A stretch of DNA of 64,000 nt from an uncultured Bdellovibrionales bacterium (GTDB lineage Bacteria; Patescibacteriota; Minisyncoccia; Moranbacterales; UBA1568). The number at the start of each line of letters is the position of its first letter. The first letter of the stretch is position 1. The notes beneath the pieces are model-generated. The model was not told the DNA's origin. It did not search any database and saw only the letters and a list, made by a program, of their open reading frames with translations. Below, piece by piece: positions 37,196 to 46,750 of this stretch. The stretch is from contig CAZQLN010000001.1 of the NCBI GenBank assembly GCA_964594215.1, positions 39,638 through 103,637 on the forward strand. Direction: 5' to 3'. Both the position numbers and the translations under genes were made by a program.

Positions 37196-38083
37196 ATGTC
37201 AGATCAAACAAACAAAGTCAAAAAAGCCATTCTTCCAGTTGCTGGTTTTGGAACTCGCTTCTTGCCTGCTACGAAGGCACAGCCAAAAGAAATGCTCTCG
37301 GTAGTAGATAAGCCAGTGATCCAGTATCTTGTAGAAGAAGCTGTTGCTTCTGGTATTGAGGAAATTATTTTTGTAACTGGTCGTGGCAAACGTGCTATCG
37401 AGGATCATTTTGATGTTTCCTATGAACTCGAAGATACACTAGTTGAGAAGAATAAACATGAACTATTGGAGACAGTACAGAAGATTTCTGGTCTAGCTAA
37501 ATTTTCCTATGTACGTCAGCCAGTGCCGATGGGAGACGGTCATGCAATTCTCTGTGCCAAGCACCTCGTTAATGAAGGCGAGGCAGTGGCAGTTCTTTTC
37601 GGTGATGATCTAGTAGATAGTGAAGTACCAGCTATCAAACAACTTCTTTCCGTCTATGAACGTTATGGAGATTCAGTCGTAGCTCTTTCACAAGTAGATC
37701 CTGATGAAGTATCTAAGTTTGGTGTTGTAGCGACTACAGAATTGAGTGAGGGCACGCATGAAATTACCAAATTTGTCGAGAAGCCAAAAAAAGAAGACGC
37801 TCCATCCAATCTGGTTTCTATTGGTAAGTACATCATCACTTGGGATATGCTTGAGACACTTGAGGGCCTTCAGGAAGGTAGTAGCGATGGAGAGGTGCGT
37901 TTAGCCGATGCTTTCATCAAGCACCTCGCTAATGATAAAGCTCTCTACGGTCATGAGATAGAAGGGGAGCGGCATGATTGTGGTGACAAATTTGGTTTCG
38001 TTAAAGCCACGATTGCTCTAGGACTTAAACACCCTGAAGTAGGAGCTAAGTTGAAAGAATATCTTAAGAACCTCAAAATCTAA
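37196..38083 (+). CDS. galU: UTP--glucose-1-phosphate uridylyltransferase
   Basis: KKAILPVAGFGTRFLPATKAQPKEML...VDKPVIQY signature of GalU. ATG at 37196 lies 5 nt after the rfbA stop. Confidence 0.9.
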   Translation: MSDQTNKVKKAILPVAGFGTRFLPATKAQPKEMLSVVDKPVIQYLVEEAVASGIEEIIFVTGRGKRAIEDHFDVSYELEDTLVEKNKHELLETVQKISGLAKFSYVRQPVPMGDGHAILCAKHLVNEGEAVAVLFGDDLVDSEVPAIKQLLSVYERYGDSVVALSQVDPDEVSKFGVVATTELSEGTHEITKFVEKPKKEDAPSNLVSIGKYIITWDMLETLEGLQEGSSDGEVRLADAFIKHLANDKALYGHEIEGERHDCGDKFGFVKATIALGLKHPEVGAKLKEYLKNLKI

Positions 38084-38104
38084 CTCACCATAAAAAGATA
38101 GCCT

Positions 38105-38776
38105 GTGTATTGGGTGTACCTCTTCCTCTGCGTCTTCGCTATTTTGACACCAGAGTTTATACAGTCTGGTACTTGGGTATTATCTCAGGATGACTTCGAA
38201 TCACTAGTCATCTTTGGTTTTGCTACACTCGGCCTTCTTCTGTACATCAGTAAAGAGAAAGCTTTTTTCAGAGCGCATGAAGAAAAAGTCACTCTGCAAA
38301 AGAAAACCAATACCATTTCCAAAGATCTTTCACAGTCGTACTCGTATATCGGAGAGATGAATCGTAAGCTAGACGTCATTCAGGAAGTCATTTTTGAATT
38401 ACCTAAGAAGACTCTTCTTAAAAGAAAAAAATCGACAGATCTCTACAAACCAGTTCTTGATGCTGCTAAGGTATTTGCTCGCACTGATAGAGCAGCACTA
38501 TTGGTTGTCGACACCAAAAAGAAGACCTGTATAGAGGGTATTGGAGAACAATTATTCAAATACTACAGTGCCGAATATCTCCTGGGTGCTAAAAAGTCTT
38601 TTTGGATGGAAGAGAAAGTCTTAATCGTTCGTTCACCATATGCCGCTGGGGGTAAGCATGTGTTTTTGTTGCTCGGTAAAGTGACTAACCACAGTGAAGA
38701 TATGGAACATTTACAAATCTTAGCCTCACAAGCTCTTCTCTTAGTAGTTCACGGAGAGGCCTCATCTCGTCATTAA
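38105..38776 (+). CDS. Hypothetical membrane protein (GTG start)
   Basis: 223 aa. Two N-terminal TM segments. No recognisable domain. Confidence 0.4.
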   Translation: MYWVYLFLCVFAILTPEFIQSGTWVLSQDDFESLVIFGFATLGLLLYISKEKAFFRAHEEKVTLQKKTNTISKDLSQSYSYIGEMNRKLDVIQEVIFELPKKTLLKRKKSTDLYKPVLDAAKVFARTDRAALLVVDTKKKTCIEGIGEQLFKYYSAEYLLGAKKSFWMEEKVLIVRSPYAAGGKHVFLLLGKVTNHSEDMEHLQILASQALLLVVHGEASSRH

Positions 38777-38783
38777 ACATATG

Positions 38784-38910
38784 CCCGGTATGACAATTGC
38801 AAGAATGACTTTTGATGAACTATCACAAAACATTAAACAATACATGATGAAACGTATTTTGATACTTAAAAATACTCTAGGGTCTAACTACTTGCAATTG
38901 TACTACCGGG
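38784..38910. repeat. 127-bp MITE-like element / long-range inverted repeat (20-nt arms, 19 of 20 match) abutting the GT4 start codon
   Basis: CCCGGTATGACAATTGCAAG (38784-38803) versus CTTGCAATTGTACTACCGGG (38891-38910). Both are flanked by TATG. AT-rich 87-bp interior with an internal GTATTTT/AAAATAC hairpin. Confidence 0.5.
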
Positions 38911-38911
38911 T

Positions 38912-40006
38912 ATGCGCATAGGTATTGATGCTCGTTTTTACGGATCAGTAGGAAAAGGTCTTGGTCGATATACTGAGCGCTTAGTTCGTGAATTGGAAAA
39001 GATTGATACAGAGAATAGCTATTTTGTATTTCTGTGTCCGGAGAACTTTGACGAATATGAACCGGCTAATCCAAACTTTACGAAGATCCTGACATATTCT
39101 CGTTGGTACGGGATAGCTGAGCAGTTATGCTATCCTTGGGAACTTTACCTAAGACGTTTAGATCTGGTGCATTTTCCGCATTTCAATGTTCCTCTCTTAT
39201 ACAGAAGCCCGATGATCATGACACTCCATGATCTCATTCTTTTTCACTATCCTACAGAAAAAGCCACCACGAGAAAATCTTGGCAGTATTGGTTGAAGTT
39301 CCACGTGTATCGTTTTGTTTTGGCTCAAGCACTTAGACGAGCACGAACGGTTATTACGGTTTCTGATTTTACCAAGCAAGATATTCTCGCTAATTATCCT
39401 GGTGTAGGTACGAAGGTAGTGGTGACCAAAGAGGCGGCAGAATCCTTTTGTTATACGGCTTCAGAGGGTTCGCCGCATGGTATACTGAAGCCATACATGC
39501 TGTATGTAGGTAATGCCTACCCACATAAGAATCTGGAGATTTTTCTTTCTGTGGCTACGCGTTTTCCTGACTACGAATTTGTTTTAGTGGGCAAAGAAGA
39601 TTTTTTCTATAAGCGTTTGAAAACAGCAGTAGTTGCTCGCGCCATAGACAATATCATTTTTACCGGCTATGTAAGTGATCGAGAACTCGGGAGGCTGTAC
39701 CGTCACGCAAGCGCTTATATTTTCCCATCCCTCTACGAAGGTTTCGGCCTTCCACCACTCGAAGCTATGCAGTATGGAACACCCGTCCTCGCTTCCAACC
39801 GAGGCTCACTACCAGAAATCCTCGGTGAGGCAGCATTGTACTTTGATCCAGAACAAGAGAACGAGTTGTGTGAGCAGCTTGAGCGTATTATAAAAGACGA
39901 ACAGTTAAGGGTAGATCTTAGGCAAAAAGGCTATACCCAGGCCGCTAGCTATTCATGGGTACGTATGGCAGAACAAACACTTGAAGAATACAAAAAAGCA
40001 ATCTAA
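38912..40006 (+). CDS. Glycosyltransferase family 4 (GT-B, retaining)
   Basis: C-terminal [28 protein letters not shown] (E-x7-E motif region) of GT4/GT1. Confidence 0.85.
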   Translation: MRIGIDARFYGSVGKGLGRYTERLVRELEKIDTENSYFVFLCPENFDEYEPANPNFTKILTYSRWYGIAEQLCYPWELYLRRLDLVHFPHFNVPLLYRSPMIMTLHDLILFHYPTEKATTRKSWQYWLKFHVYRFVLAQALRRARTVITVSDFTKQDILANYPGVGTKVVVTKEAAESFCYTASEGSPHGILKPYMLYVGNAYPHKNLEIFLSVATRFPDYEFVLVGKEDFFYKRLKTAVVARAIDNIIFTGYVSDRELGRLYRHASAYIFPSLYEGFGLPPLEAMQYGTPVLASNRGSLPEILGEAALYFDPEQENELCEQLERIIKDEQLRVDLRQKGYTQAASYSWVRMAEQTLEEYKKAI

Positions 40007-40014
40007 AAAGGGTT

Positions 40015-42186
40015 ATGGATATTATTCGACCCCAAGGTGTCAAAAAAATGACTGATATTCAGTCATCAGAACCTTTAAATACAAACTCCATCCCTCGGCT
40101 CGAAGAAGAGTATGGCGAGTGGTTTACGGTTTCTGAGAATGAAATACAAGAAGAATTTGTACCTAGCTTCGTTCCGCCCTTGTTCGAATATACCCCTAAG
40201 AAGAAAAAATATTGGTATCGACGTATCCCGTTACGCACTCTCGTACTTGGTTTAGGCGGGTTTCTGATAGTTCTCGTGATGAGTAGCGGAGCGTTTCTAT
40301 TTTTTTCCCGAGGAGTGATTGAACAATCAGCAGAGAAAGGTTTCCTTTCCCTTGAAAAAGCTAAAGCAGCGCTTATCAATGAAGAATATGATGAAGCAGA
40401 CAAACAGTTTCGCCAAGCCAAGATCGCTTTTGAAGAAGCTCACGGTGCTATTCCATTTTGGACCCAGCCACTCTTAGCAGCCACCGCTTACATCCCAGGT
40501 TTGACCCAAGGAGCGAGTGCCCAAAACGTTTTGGTAGCAGGCATGCATATTGCTGAGGCCGGCCCTGCTTTTGTCGAATTAGCTAATGGGGTAGCAAGAA
40601 CCAAAGAAAATATAGAAGCGGGAAAAGAATTTTCCCTTTTGCGGTTTTTTGATGACACCAAGGCGCCACTGGCTAAGGCTCGTTTGGAACTTGGTTTAGC
40701 TGAGAAAGCTCTTCACAAAGTGAACCAAGCCGATGTACCGCTTGAGAAACGCAAAAGTTTTACTCTTGCTCAAGAACAGCTCCCAGCCTTCTTGGGTATT
40801 ATTGATACCTTAGAAAGTCATGAGGTGGTAATTCGAGAGTTATTGGGTAACAATGGGCCTCGGAAGTACCTTTTTTTACTGGAGAACAATCATGAGTTAC
40901 GCGCCACAGGAGGTTTCATTGGTTCATATGCGTTACTCGAAATGCAAGACGGGGTGGTGAAGAATTTTTTCGTTGATGGTATTTTCAATCCAGATGGTCA
41001 GCTTCGAGAAAATATTGTGCCACCAAAACCTCTTCAGAAAGTGAGTGCAGGTTGGAGCCTTCATGACAGTAACTGGTTTCCCGATTTTCCAACTTCGGCA
41101 GAGAAAGCCATCTTTTTCTACGAAAAAACTGGCGGACCGACAGTTGATGGGGTAGTGGTTATTACTCCAGCACTCACTCAGAAATTGCTTGAACTTACAG
41201 GACCTATTGTGCTTCCCGAATACGACATGACCGTGACAGCTGATAACTTTTTCCCGGTTATTCAGCAGGAAGTGGAAGTTAACTATGATAAGAAAGAAAA
41301 TAAACCAAAAGCGGTGCTGGCTGACCTTTCAACTATTTTATTTGAACGTTTACTCCATTCCAAAGATGAAAAAGTAATTTTCGGAACACTCAAAACAGTC
41401 ATTGAAAGTCTCAACCAGAAACAAATGATGCTCTATGTACGAGATGATCGAGTAGAAAATATTATCAAAAAGGCTGGTTGGTCCGGTGAAATACGCGCGA
41501 GCGACAAAGACTATCTTAATGTCATTCATTCCAATATCAACGGTTTTAAAACAGACGGGGTTATAGATGATAGTATTAAGCAAAAAGTTGAGATAGCTCC
41601 TGATGGGAGTGTCATAGATACTCTTCGTATTACTCGTAAACACACCGGAGGTAAAACACCTTATGAATGGTGGAACCGAGTGAATGCCAACTACATGCGA
41701 GTCTATGTGCCATTAGGTTCAGAACTACTAACGGCTGAGGGTCAGACATATGAGTTTCCAGAGTCACCACTTGATTACGACGCGCTTGGATTCAAGCGGG
41801 ATAAGACGGTAACTGATATTGAGGGAACAGAGCGTATCGATGAAGAGAGCGGTACTCGGATCACTGAAGAAGCAGGGAAAACAGTCTTTGGTAATTGGGT
41901 ATACGTAAGTCCTCAGGAAGAAGTCACGGTAGAATATCGCTACAAACTTCCCTTCAAGATCATTCCAGGAGGGGCTAATGATGGCAATACCTCAAGCTAC
42001 TCGCTTCTTATCCAGAAACAGGCAGGTACTCCAGGTGCAGCTGTAGATGTCGAGGTGGTCTATCCTGAGGGTTTTGAGCCCATTTGGCAGACTGGTCAGA
42101 ATTTGGTACCGTATGAACATACTTTTCGTCTGAATGAGAAGCTTGTGACAGACCTGTTTCTTGGGGTGGCTTTTGATAAGCCATAA
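40015..42186 (+). CDS. DUF4012 domain-containing membrane-anchored protein
   Basis: N-terminal TM helix then a roughly 650-aa extracytoplasmic region. HELRATGGFIGSYALLE matches the DUF4012 core. Confidence 0.6.
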   Translation: MDIIRPQGVKKMTDIQSSEPLNTNSIPRLEEEYGEWFTVSENEIQEEFVPSFVPPLFEYTPKKKKYWYRRIPLRTLVLGLGGFLIVLVMSSGAFLFFSRGVIEQSAEKGFLSLEKAKAALINEEYDEADKQFRQAKIAFEEAHGAIPFWTQPLLAATAYIPGLTQGASAQNVLVAGMHIAEAGPAFVELANGVARTKENIEAGKEFSLLRFFDDTKAPLAKARLELGLAEKALHKVNQADVPLEKRKSFTLAQEQLPAFLGIIDTLESHEVVIRELLGNNGPRKYLFLLENNHELRATGGFIGSYALLEMQDGVVKNFFVDGIFNPDGQLRENIVPPKPLQKVSAGWSLHDSNWFPDFPTSAEKAIFFYEKTGGPTVDGVVVITPALTQKLLELTGPIVLPEYDMTVTADNFFPVIQQEVEVNYDKKENKPKAVLADLSTILFERLLHSKDEKVIFGTLKTVIESLNQKQMMLYVRDDRVENIIKKAGWSGEIRASDKDYLNVIHSNINGFKTDGVIDDSIKQKVEIAPDGSVIDTLRITRKHTGGKTPYEWWNRVNANYMRVYVPLGSELLTAEGQTYEFPESPLDYDALGFKRDKTVTDIEGTERIDEESGTRITEEAGKTVFGNWVYVSPQEEVTVEYRYKLPFKIIPGGANDGNTSSYSLLIQKQAGTPGAAVDVEVVYPEGFEPIWQTGQNLVPYEHTFRLNEKLVTDLFLGVAFDKP

Positions 42187-42228
42187 TGAAGAAAGAGGCT
42201 CTTTTTGTTTGAATATCACACAGATACC

Positions 42229-43884
42229 ATGGTTGCTAAAATTGTTTCACGTCTATCAATTTGGAATACCACCCCGACCAAAACTATCGGAGGGGCGGCT
42301 TTGTTGATAGCTCTTTCAGGGGTAGCTAGTCGTATCTTAGGGTTTGTCCGTGACCGTATTCTCGCTACCCAGTTTGGAGCTGGTGATGTTTTGGATGCTT
42401 ACTACACAGCCTTTCGTATTCCTGATCTTTTGTATGGTCTCCTCATCGCCGGTGCTCTTTCGGCGGCTTTTGTGCCGATTTTCACAGAACTGGTATCTGA
42501 GAAGAAGGATGAGGAAGCATGGAAGCTGACTTCAGGGGTACTTTCTCTTATTGGTATGACTCTTGGACTCTTAGGACTTCTTGGTATTCTTTGTGCGCCT
42601 TATTTTCTCATAGCTTTGGCACCAGGCTTCGGTGAAGAGAAGATGGCTCTCACTGTCACTCTGACACGCATCATGCTCCTCTCACCTCTTTTCTTAGGTG
42701 CAAGTGCTGTCTTTGGAGGGGTATTGATCTCACTTAAGCGTTTCGCTGCCTACGCTTTAGCGCCAGTTTTTTATAACCTCGGCATTATTTTTGGAGCTGT
42801 CTTTTTGACGAAAAGTCTAGGGGTGAGCGGTCTTGCCTGGGGAGTGGTATTGGGCGCAGTTTTGCACATGGCTATTCAGTATCCAGCCATTAAACAGGCA
42901 GGCTTTTCATACCGGGGAACATTTGCTCAATTTAGAAAAGACGCTCTCATCCGTAAAGTGATTGTTCTGATGATTCCGCGCTCGCTCTCCATGGGGGTTA
43001 CTCAGGTAAGTTTGCTTGCCGTTACTGCTTTTGCCTCACTCTTGGCTTCGGGGAGTCTTGCATCATATACTTTTGCTAATAATATTCAGAGTGTTCCCTT
43101 AGGTCTTTTCGGAATTGCTTTTTCGCTCGCGGTATTTCCAAGTCTCAGTGTTTACGCTGCTAAGAAACAAGAGGATGCTTTTTTTCGTACCCTGGCTGAA
43201 ACTGCTCGCCGTATTCTCTTTTTTGTTATCCCGCTTTCTATCGCTCTCATTATTTTCCGCGCCCAGTTTGTCCGTGTCATTCTCGGAGCTGGTAACTTCG
43301 ACTGGGAAGATACGATTCTTACCTTTGAAATCCTCAAGTTTTTTGCCATGAGTTTATTTGCCCAAAGTCTCATCCCACTTTTTGCACGTGCCTTTTTCGC
43401 TTTTCAGAATACCCGAACCCCACTGTTTATTGCTCTCGCTAGTGAAGCGCTCCATATTGGGAGTATTCCGTTTCTCTTGCGATACTTTGATGTTGAAGGG
43501 CTGGCGATTGCTTTTACCTTAGGTAGTATCATGAACATTGCTCTTCTGTACTTCTTTTTTCGAGCTCACATCAAGAGCTGGGATGATCGGGCTTTTCTGG
43601 CACCAATCTTCAAGATTACTTTTGCTGCTGCTTTGGCTGGTATTATCGCTCAGTTCTCCAAATCACTCTTTGCTCTGACGACAAATGAGCTTGATACATT
43701 TGTCGAGGTCTTTCTACAGTTGATTATCGGTCTTACCATTGGAGGAGTATCATATGTTTTCTTTTGTTTCTGGCTTCGTGTGAGTGAGCTTGATCTTCTT
43801 AGGCGTTTTCTTTTGCACAAAATTCTCCGTCAGCCGGAGACGGTAGCATTGGCTGAAGATCATCCGGAACGAGGAGAATGGTAG
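42229..43884 (+). CDS. murJ: Lipid II flippase MurJ (MviN)
   Basis: Track start 42205 is TTG; ATG at 42229. SRILGFVRDRILATQFGAG...DAYYTAFRIPDLL N-terminal signature and about 14 TM segments. Confidence 0.9.
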   Translation: MVAKIVSRLSIWNTTPTKTIGGAALLIALSGVASRILGFVRDRILATQFGAGDVLDAYYTAFRIPDLLYGLLIAGALSAAFVPIFTELVSEKKDEEAWKLTSGVLSLIGMTLGLLGLLGILCAPYFLIALAPGFGEEKMALTVTLTRIMLLSPLFLGASAVFGGVLISLKRFAAYALAPVFYNLGIIFGAVFLTKSLGVSGLAWGVVLGAVLHMAIQYPAIKQAGFSYRGTFAQFRKDALIRKVIVLMIPRSLSMGVTQVSLLAVTAFASLLASGSLASYTFANNIQSVPLGLFGIAFSLAVFPSLSVYAAKKQEDAFFRTLAETARRILFFVIPLSIALIIFRAQFVRVILGAGNFDWEDTILTFEILKFFAMSLFAQSLIPLFARAFFAFQNTRTPLFIALASEALHIGSIPFLLRYFDVEGLAIAFTLGSIMNIALLYFFFRAHIKSWDDRAFLAPIFKITFAAALAGIIAQFSKSLFALTTNELDTFVEVFLQLIIGLTIGGVSYVFFCFWLRVSELDLLRRFLLHKILRQPETVALAEDHPERGEW

Positions 43885-44055
43885 GGGGTAATGAAAGTCG
43901 AGCAGAACTTTTTTCTGCTACCGTCAAAATCCAGCGCATTTTGACTACGGAGTCGCTCGAGACTTTTTTACAAAAAGGCCATGCTCTCTCGCTCCTAAGC
44001 GCGCAGAAAAAATTCTACTGACTTTCTCAATGAAAAAAGTGAAATGAAGAGAAAA

Positions 44056-44078
44056 TAAAAAAACAGCCTAAAGCTGTA
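44056..44078 (-). terminator. Rho-independent terminator for the minus-strand gene 44137..44517
   Basis: ACAGC-ctaaa-GCTGT with an A-run on the + strand (U-tract on the minus strand). Confidence 0.5.
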
Positions 44079-44136
44079 TAGTACAGAATATAAGAATTGA
44101 GTTAGGAGGGATGCACGCTGTGCAGAGCCCTCCCGG

Positions 44137-44517
44137 TTAAGACCCTCCGGTCTTGTGGCGCCATTTCATCACCTGACGTTGGTATGGCAGAGATATACTG
44201 AGGCTGACGCCCGACAAGAATCCCCAGTTGTACCAGCCGTTGTTTGACGACGAGTACACAGACACTGAGTCTGAAAAAACGGAGATGAGCAGGGCGGGCC
44301 ATGCAATCAGTCCGTGCCAAACTCCAGACCAGAATCCAGACACAGTCACTGGTGTTGGTATGGCGTGGTATCCCGCAAATATCATTGCGTATACGCTGGC
44401 GTACCAGATCAACGCAATGCGACGGTAGAATCGATCGTCCAGAGTGAATCTCTCGACTCCTTCCAAGATCTTCATGACTGGATAGCCAATCAGAGACCAT
44501 TTGAGTTTCGCGTCCAT
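44137..44517 (-). CDS. Hypothetical GC-rich small membrane protein
   Basis: 126 aa with three predicted TM segments (IALIWYASVYAMIFAGY; GLIAWPALLISVF). Own terminator. The alternative overlapping frame 44102..44539 is less protein-like. Confidence 0.4.
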   Translation of the reverse strand: MDAKLKWSLIGYPVMKILEGVERFTLDDRFYRRIALIWYASVYAMIFAGYHAIPTPVTVSGFWSGVWHGLIAWPALLISVFSDSVSVYSSSNNGWYNWGFLSGVSLSISLPYQRQVMKWRHKTGGS

Positions 44518-44668
44518 GAATTATACCCTCCCAAGGCATATTGGTGGGGGATTAACCCCGAGGAACTGTTGTTGGGGAGCGAATCTCACCACAACACGCC
44601 ATTATACACCTAAAATAAGAAAAAGTCAATACCATGGGAGTGATAGATAAAGAGTGGTGAAAGTGTTG

Positions 44669-44696
44669 CTATTATGCCTAAAATAAGGCATAATAG
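44669..44696 (+). promoter_or_regulatory. Perfect 11-bp inverted repeat (operator-like) overlapping a putative promoter TTGCTA-17-CATAAT
   Basis: CTATTATGCCT-aaaata-AGGCATAATAG. Confidence 0.45.
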
Positions 44697-44704
44697 GCAC
44701 AAAG

Positions 44705-44845
44705 AATCATTTTCTTTTCTTGAGCGCGTATTTCTTGCGAAGCGGGCATGGTTCACGAACGAGGTGAGTGAGAGCGAGCAAGAACCACAACGAACTCCTC
44801 GCTGGGGAGTGAGTGGTAGATCAAGAAAAGAAAATGATTTTTTCA
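44705..44845 (+). ncRNA. Candidate structured RNA / lepA leader attenuator: 19-bp closing stem around a 97-nt interior, followed by T6
   Basis: AATCATTTTCTTTTCTTGA (44705-44723) pairs perfectly with TCAAGAAAAGAAAATGATT (44821-44839), followed by TTTTTTC. It lies 17 nt before the lepA ATG. The interior has further local pairings (AGCGAG/CTCGCT). No match to the SRP, tmRNA or RNase P motifs I know. Confidence 0.4.
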
Positions 44846-44861
44846 TCTAAGTTAAAAGATC

Positions 44862-46670
44862 ATGCGTCAAGAAAACATTCGCAACTTTTGTATTATTGCT
44901 CACATTGATCACGGGAAGTCTACATTGGCTGACCGCTTATTGGAGCTGACCAAGACTGTAGAGAAGCGCAAAATGAAAGAGCAGCTTCTAGACCAGATGG
45001 ATCTCGAGCGCGAACGAGGCATCACTATCAAATTACAACCGGTGCAGATGGAGGTGCACCAAGATGGGATTGACTATCTCCTCAATCTTATCGACACTCC
45101 TGGCCATGTTGATTTTCACTATGAGGTATCGAGATCCCTCGCCGCAGTAGAGGGCGCTGTGCTTTTGGTAGATGCCACTAAGGGCGTGCAGGCTCAAACC
45201 CTCGCTAACCTCTATTTAGCTATCGAGCAGGGACTGGAGATTATTCCTGTCGTTAACAAGGTGGATCTTCCCAATGCCGAAGTGGCTAAAACTAAGAAGG
45301 AAATTATCCATATTTTGGGCTGTAAAGAAGAGGATATCTTGGAGGCATCGGGCAAAACTGGTCTTGGAGTGGATACAGTGCTAAAAGAAATCATCAAGCG
45401 TGTCCCTGCTCCTGACGGAGATGAGGAAGCTCCGCTTAGAGCTCTTATTTTTGATTCAGTCTATGATACCTATAAAGGTGTGGTGGCTTATGTGAAGGTG
45501 GTTGATGGAACACTCAAGCGAGACGATATTCTCCATATGCTGGCTACTGAGAAAGAAAGTGTTACGGTCGAAGTTGGTTGTTTCAAGCCGATGATGACAG
45601 CTACCCCTATGCTTCTAGCGGGTGATATCGGCTATATTGCGACAGGCTTGAAGAATGTCAATTTTTGTCGAGTAGGAGATACGATCACTAAGAAGATCCC
45701 TGATCTTGAGAAGATGAGAGGTCTCCTATCTCTTCCTGGGTATCGGGAAATCAAACCGACTGTGTATGCGAGCTTCTACCCACTTGAGGGTGATGAGTAT
45801 ACTTTCATGCGTGATGCTCTGGATAAACTAAAACTCAATGATGCTGCTTTTGAATTCGAACCAGAAAGTAATCAGGCTTTGGGGAGGGGATTTCGTTGTG
45901 GTTTTCTCGGACTTCTTCATCTAGAAATCATTCAAGCCCGATTGGAGCGTGAATTCAATATTTTCCCAACTATTACGACACCCTCAGTAGTTTATGAACT
46001 TCAGATGAGAGGTAGTGAGGAGCGCGTACCTCTGTATGCGCCGACTGATATGCCTGATCCAGCCACGGTGGAGAAAATTTTTGAGCCGTATGTTACGCTC
46101 TCTCTGGTGGTTCCAAGTGAGTATCTTGGAAATGTGATGAGTCTAACCCAGAGTATCAGAGCTATTTACAAAAACACGGAGTATATCGATGCTAGTCGTG
46201 TCTACCTTACCTTTGAAGCACCGCTTATGGATGTGATTGTCAATTTTCACGATGACCTCAAGAGTGTATCTTCAGGTTACGCTTCGATGAACTACGAACT
46301 GATCGGTTATCGGGAGAGTGATGTGGTGAAGCTCGATATCTTGGTGGCAGGGGATCGTGTCGACGCCTTCTCACGTATGGTTCCCAAAAATCTTGCCATG
46401 ATTGAAGGTAAACGTACGGTAGAAAAACTCAAAGACGTTATTCCGCGTCAGAACTTCGCTATTGCTATCCAAGCCACCATTGGAGGAAAGATTATTGCTC
46501 GAGAAACGGTGGCTGCTTTTCGTAAAGATGTTACTAGCAAACTGTATGGTGGGGATTTTTCACGTAAGAAAAAACTTTTAGAGAAACAAAAAAAGGGAAA
46601 GAAAAAGATGCGTGACCTCGGTAAGGTTTCTATTCCTTCGACGGCCTTTCTTGCGGTGCTTCGGAAGTAG
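44862..46670 (+). CDS. lepA: Translation elongation factor 4 (LepA)
   Basis: G-domain AHIDHGKST, DTPGHVDF, NKVD, and the LepA-specific C-terminal domain. Confidence 0.97.
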   Translation: MRQENIRNFCIIAHIDHGKSTLADRLLELTKTVEKRKMKEQLLDQMDLERERGITIKLQPVQMEVHQDGIDYLLNLIDTPGHVDFHYEVSRSLAAVEGAVLLVDATKGVQAQTLANLYLAIEQGLEIIPVVNKVDLPNAEVAKTKKEIIHILGCKEEDILEASGKTGLGVDTVLKEIIKRVPAPDGDEEAPLRALIFDSVYDTYKGVVAYVKVVDGTLKRDDILHMLATEKESVTVEVGCFKPMMTATPMLLAGDIGYIATGLKNVNFCRVGDTITKKIPDLEKMRGLLSLPGYREIKPTVYASFYPLEGDEYTFMRDALDKLKLNDAAFEFEPESNQALGRGFRCGFLGLLHLEIIQARLEREFNIFPTITTPSVVYELQMRGSEERVPLYAPTDMPDPATVEKIFEPYVTLSLVVPSEYLGNVMSLTQSIRAIYKNTEYIDASRVYLTFEAPLMDVIVNFHDDLKSVSSGYASMNYELIGYRESDVVKLDILVAGDRVDAFSRMVPKNLAMIEGKRTVEKLKDVIPRQNFAIAIQATIGGKIIARETVAAFRKDVTSKLYGGDFSRKKKLLEKQKKGKKKMRDLGKVSIPSTAFLAVLRK

Positions 46671-46691
46671 AGAATAAGTCTCATGAAAAAT

Positions 46692-46738
46692 GAAAATCCC
46701 CGCCGAGCACTGCTTGGGGGGGGATTTCATTTTCTCTC
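46692..46738. terminator. Bidirectional rho-independent terminator (lepA from the left, Flp operon from the right)
   Basis: GAAAATCCCC...GGGGATTTC stem flanked by an A-run upstream and a T-run downstream. Confidence 0.55.
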
Positions 46739-46750
46739 ACGCTGGAGAGG

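Noticed and set aside
44102-44539. Alternative 145-aa minus-strand frame overlapping the 126-aa membrane-protein ORF
   Set aside because: Arg/Ser/Cys-rich and less protein-like than the TM-helix-rich 126-aa frame. Only one of the two can be real. It is kept as an uncertainty in the findings.
44690-44850. Assigning the lepA-upstream hairpin RNA to a known family (6S, SRP, tmRNA)
   Set aside because: It lacks the conserved SRP domain IV motif (GGAA tetraloop, AGCAGC), tmRNA tag-coding features and the 6S central-bubble architecture. It is left as an unnamed candidate.
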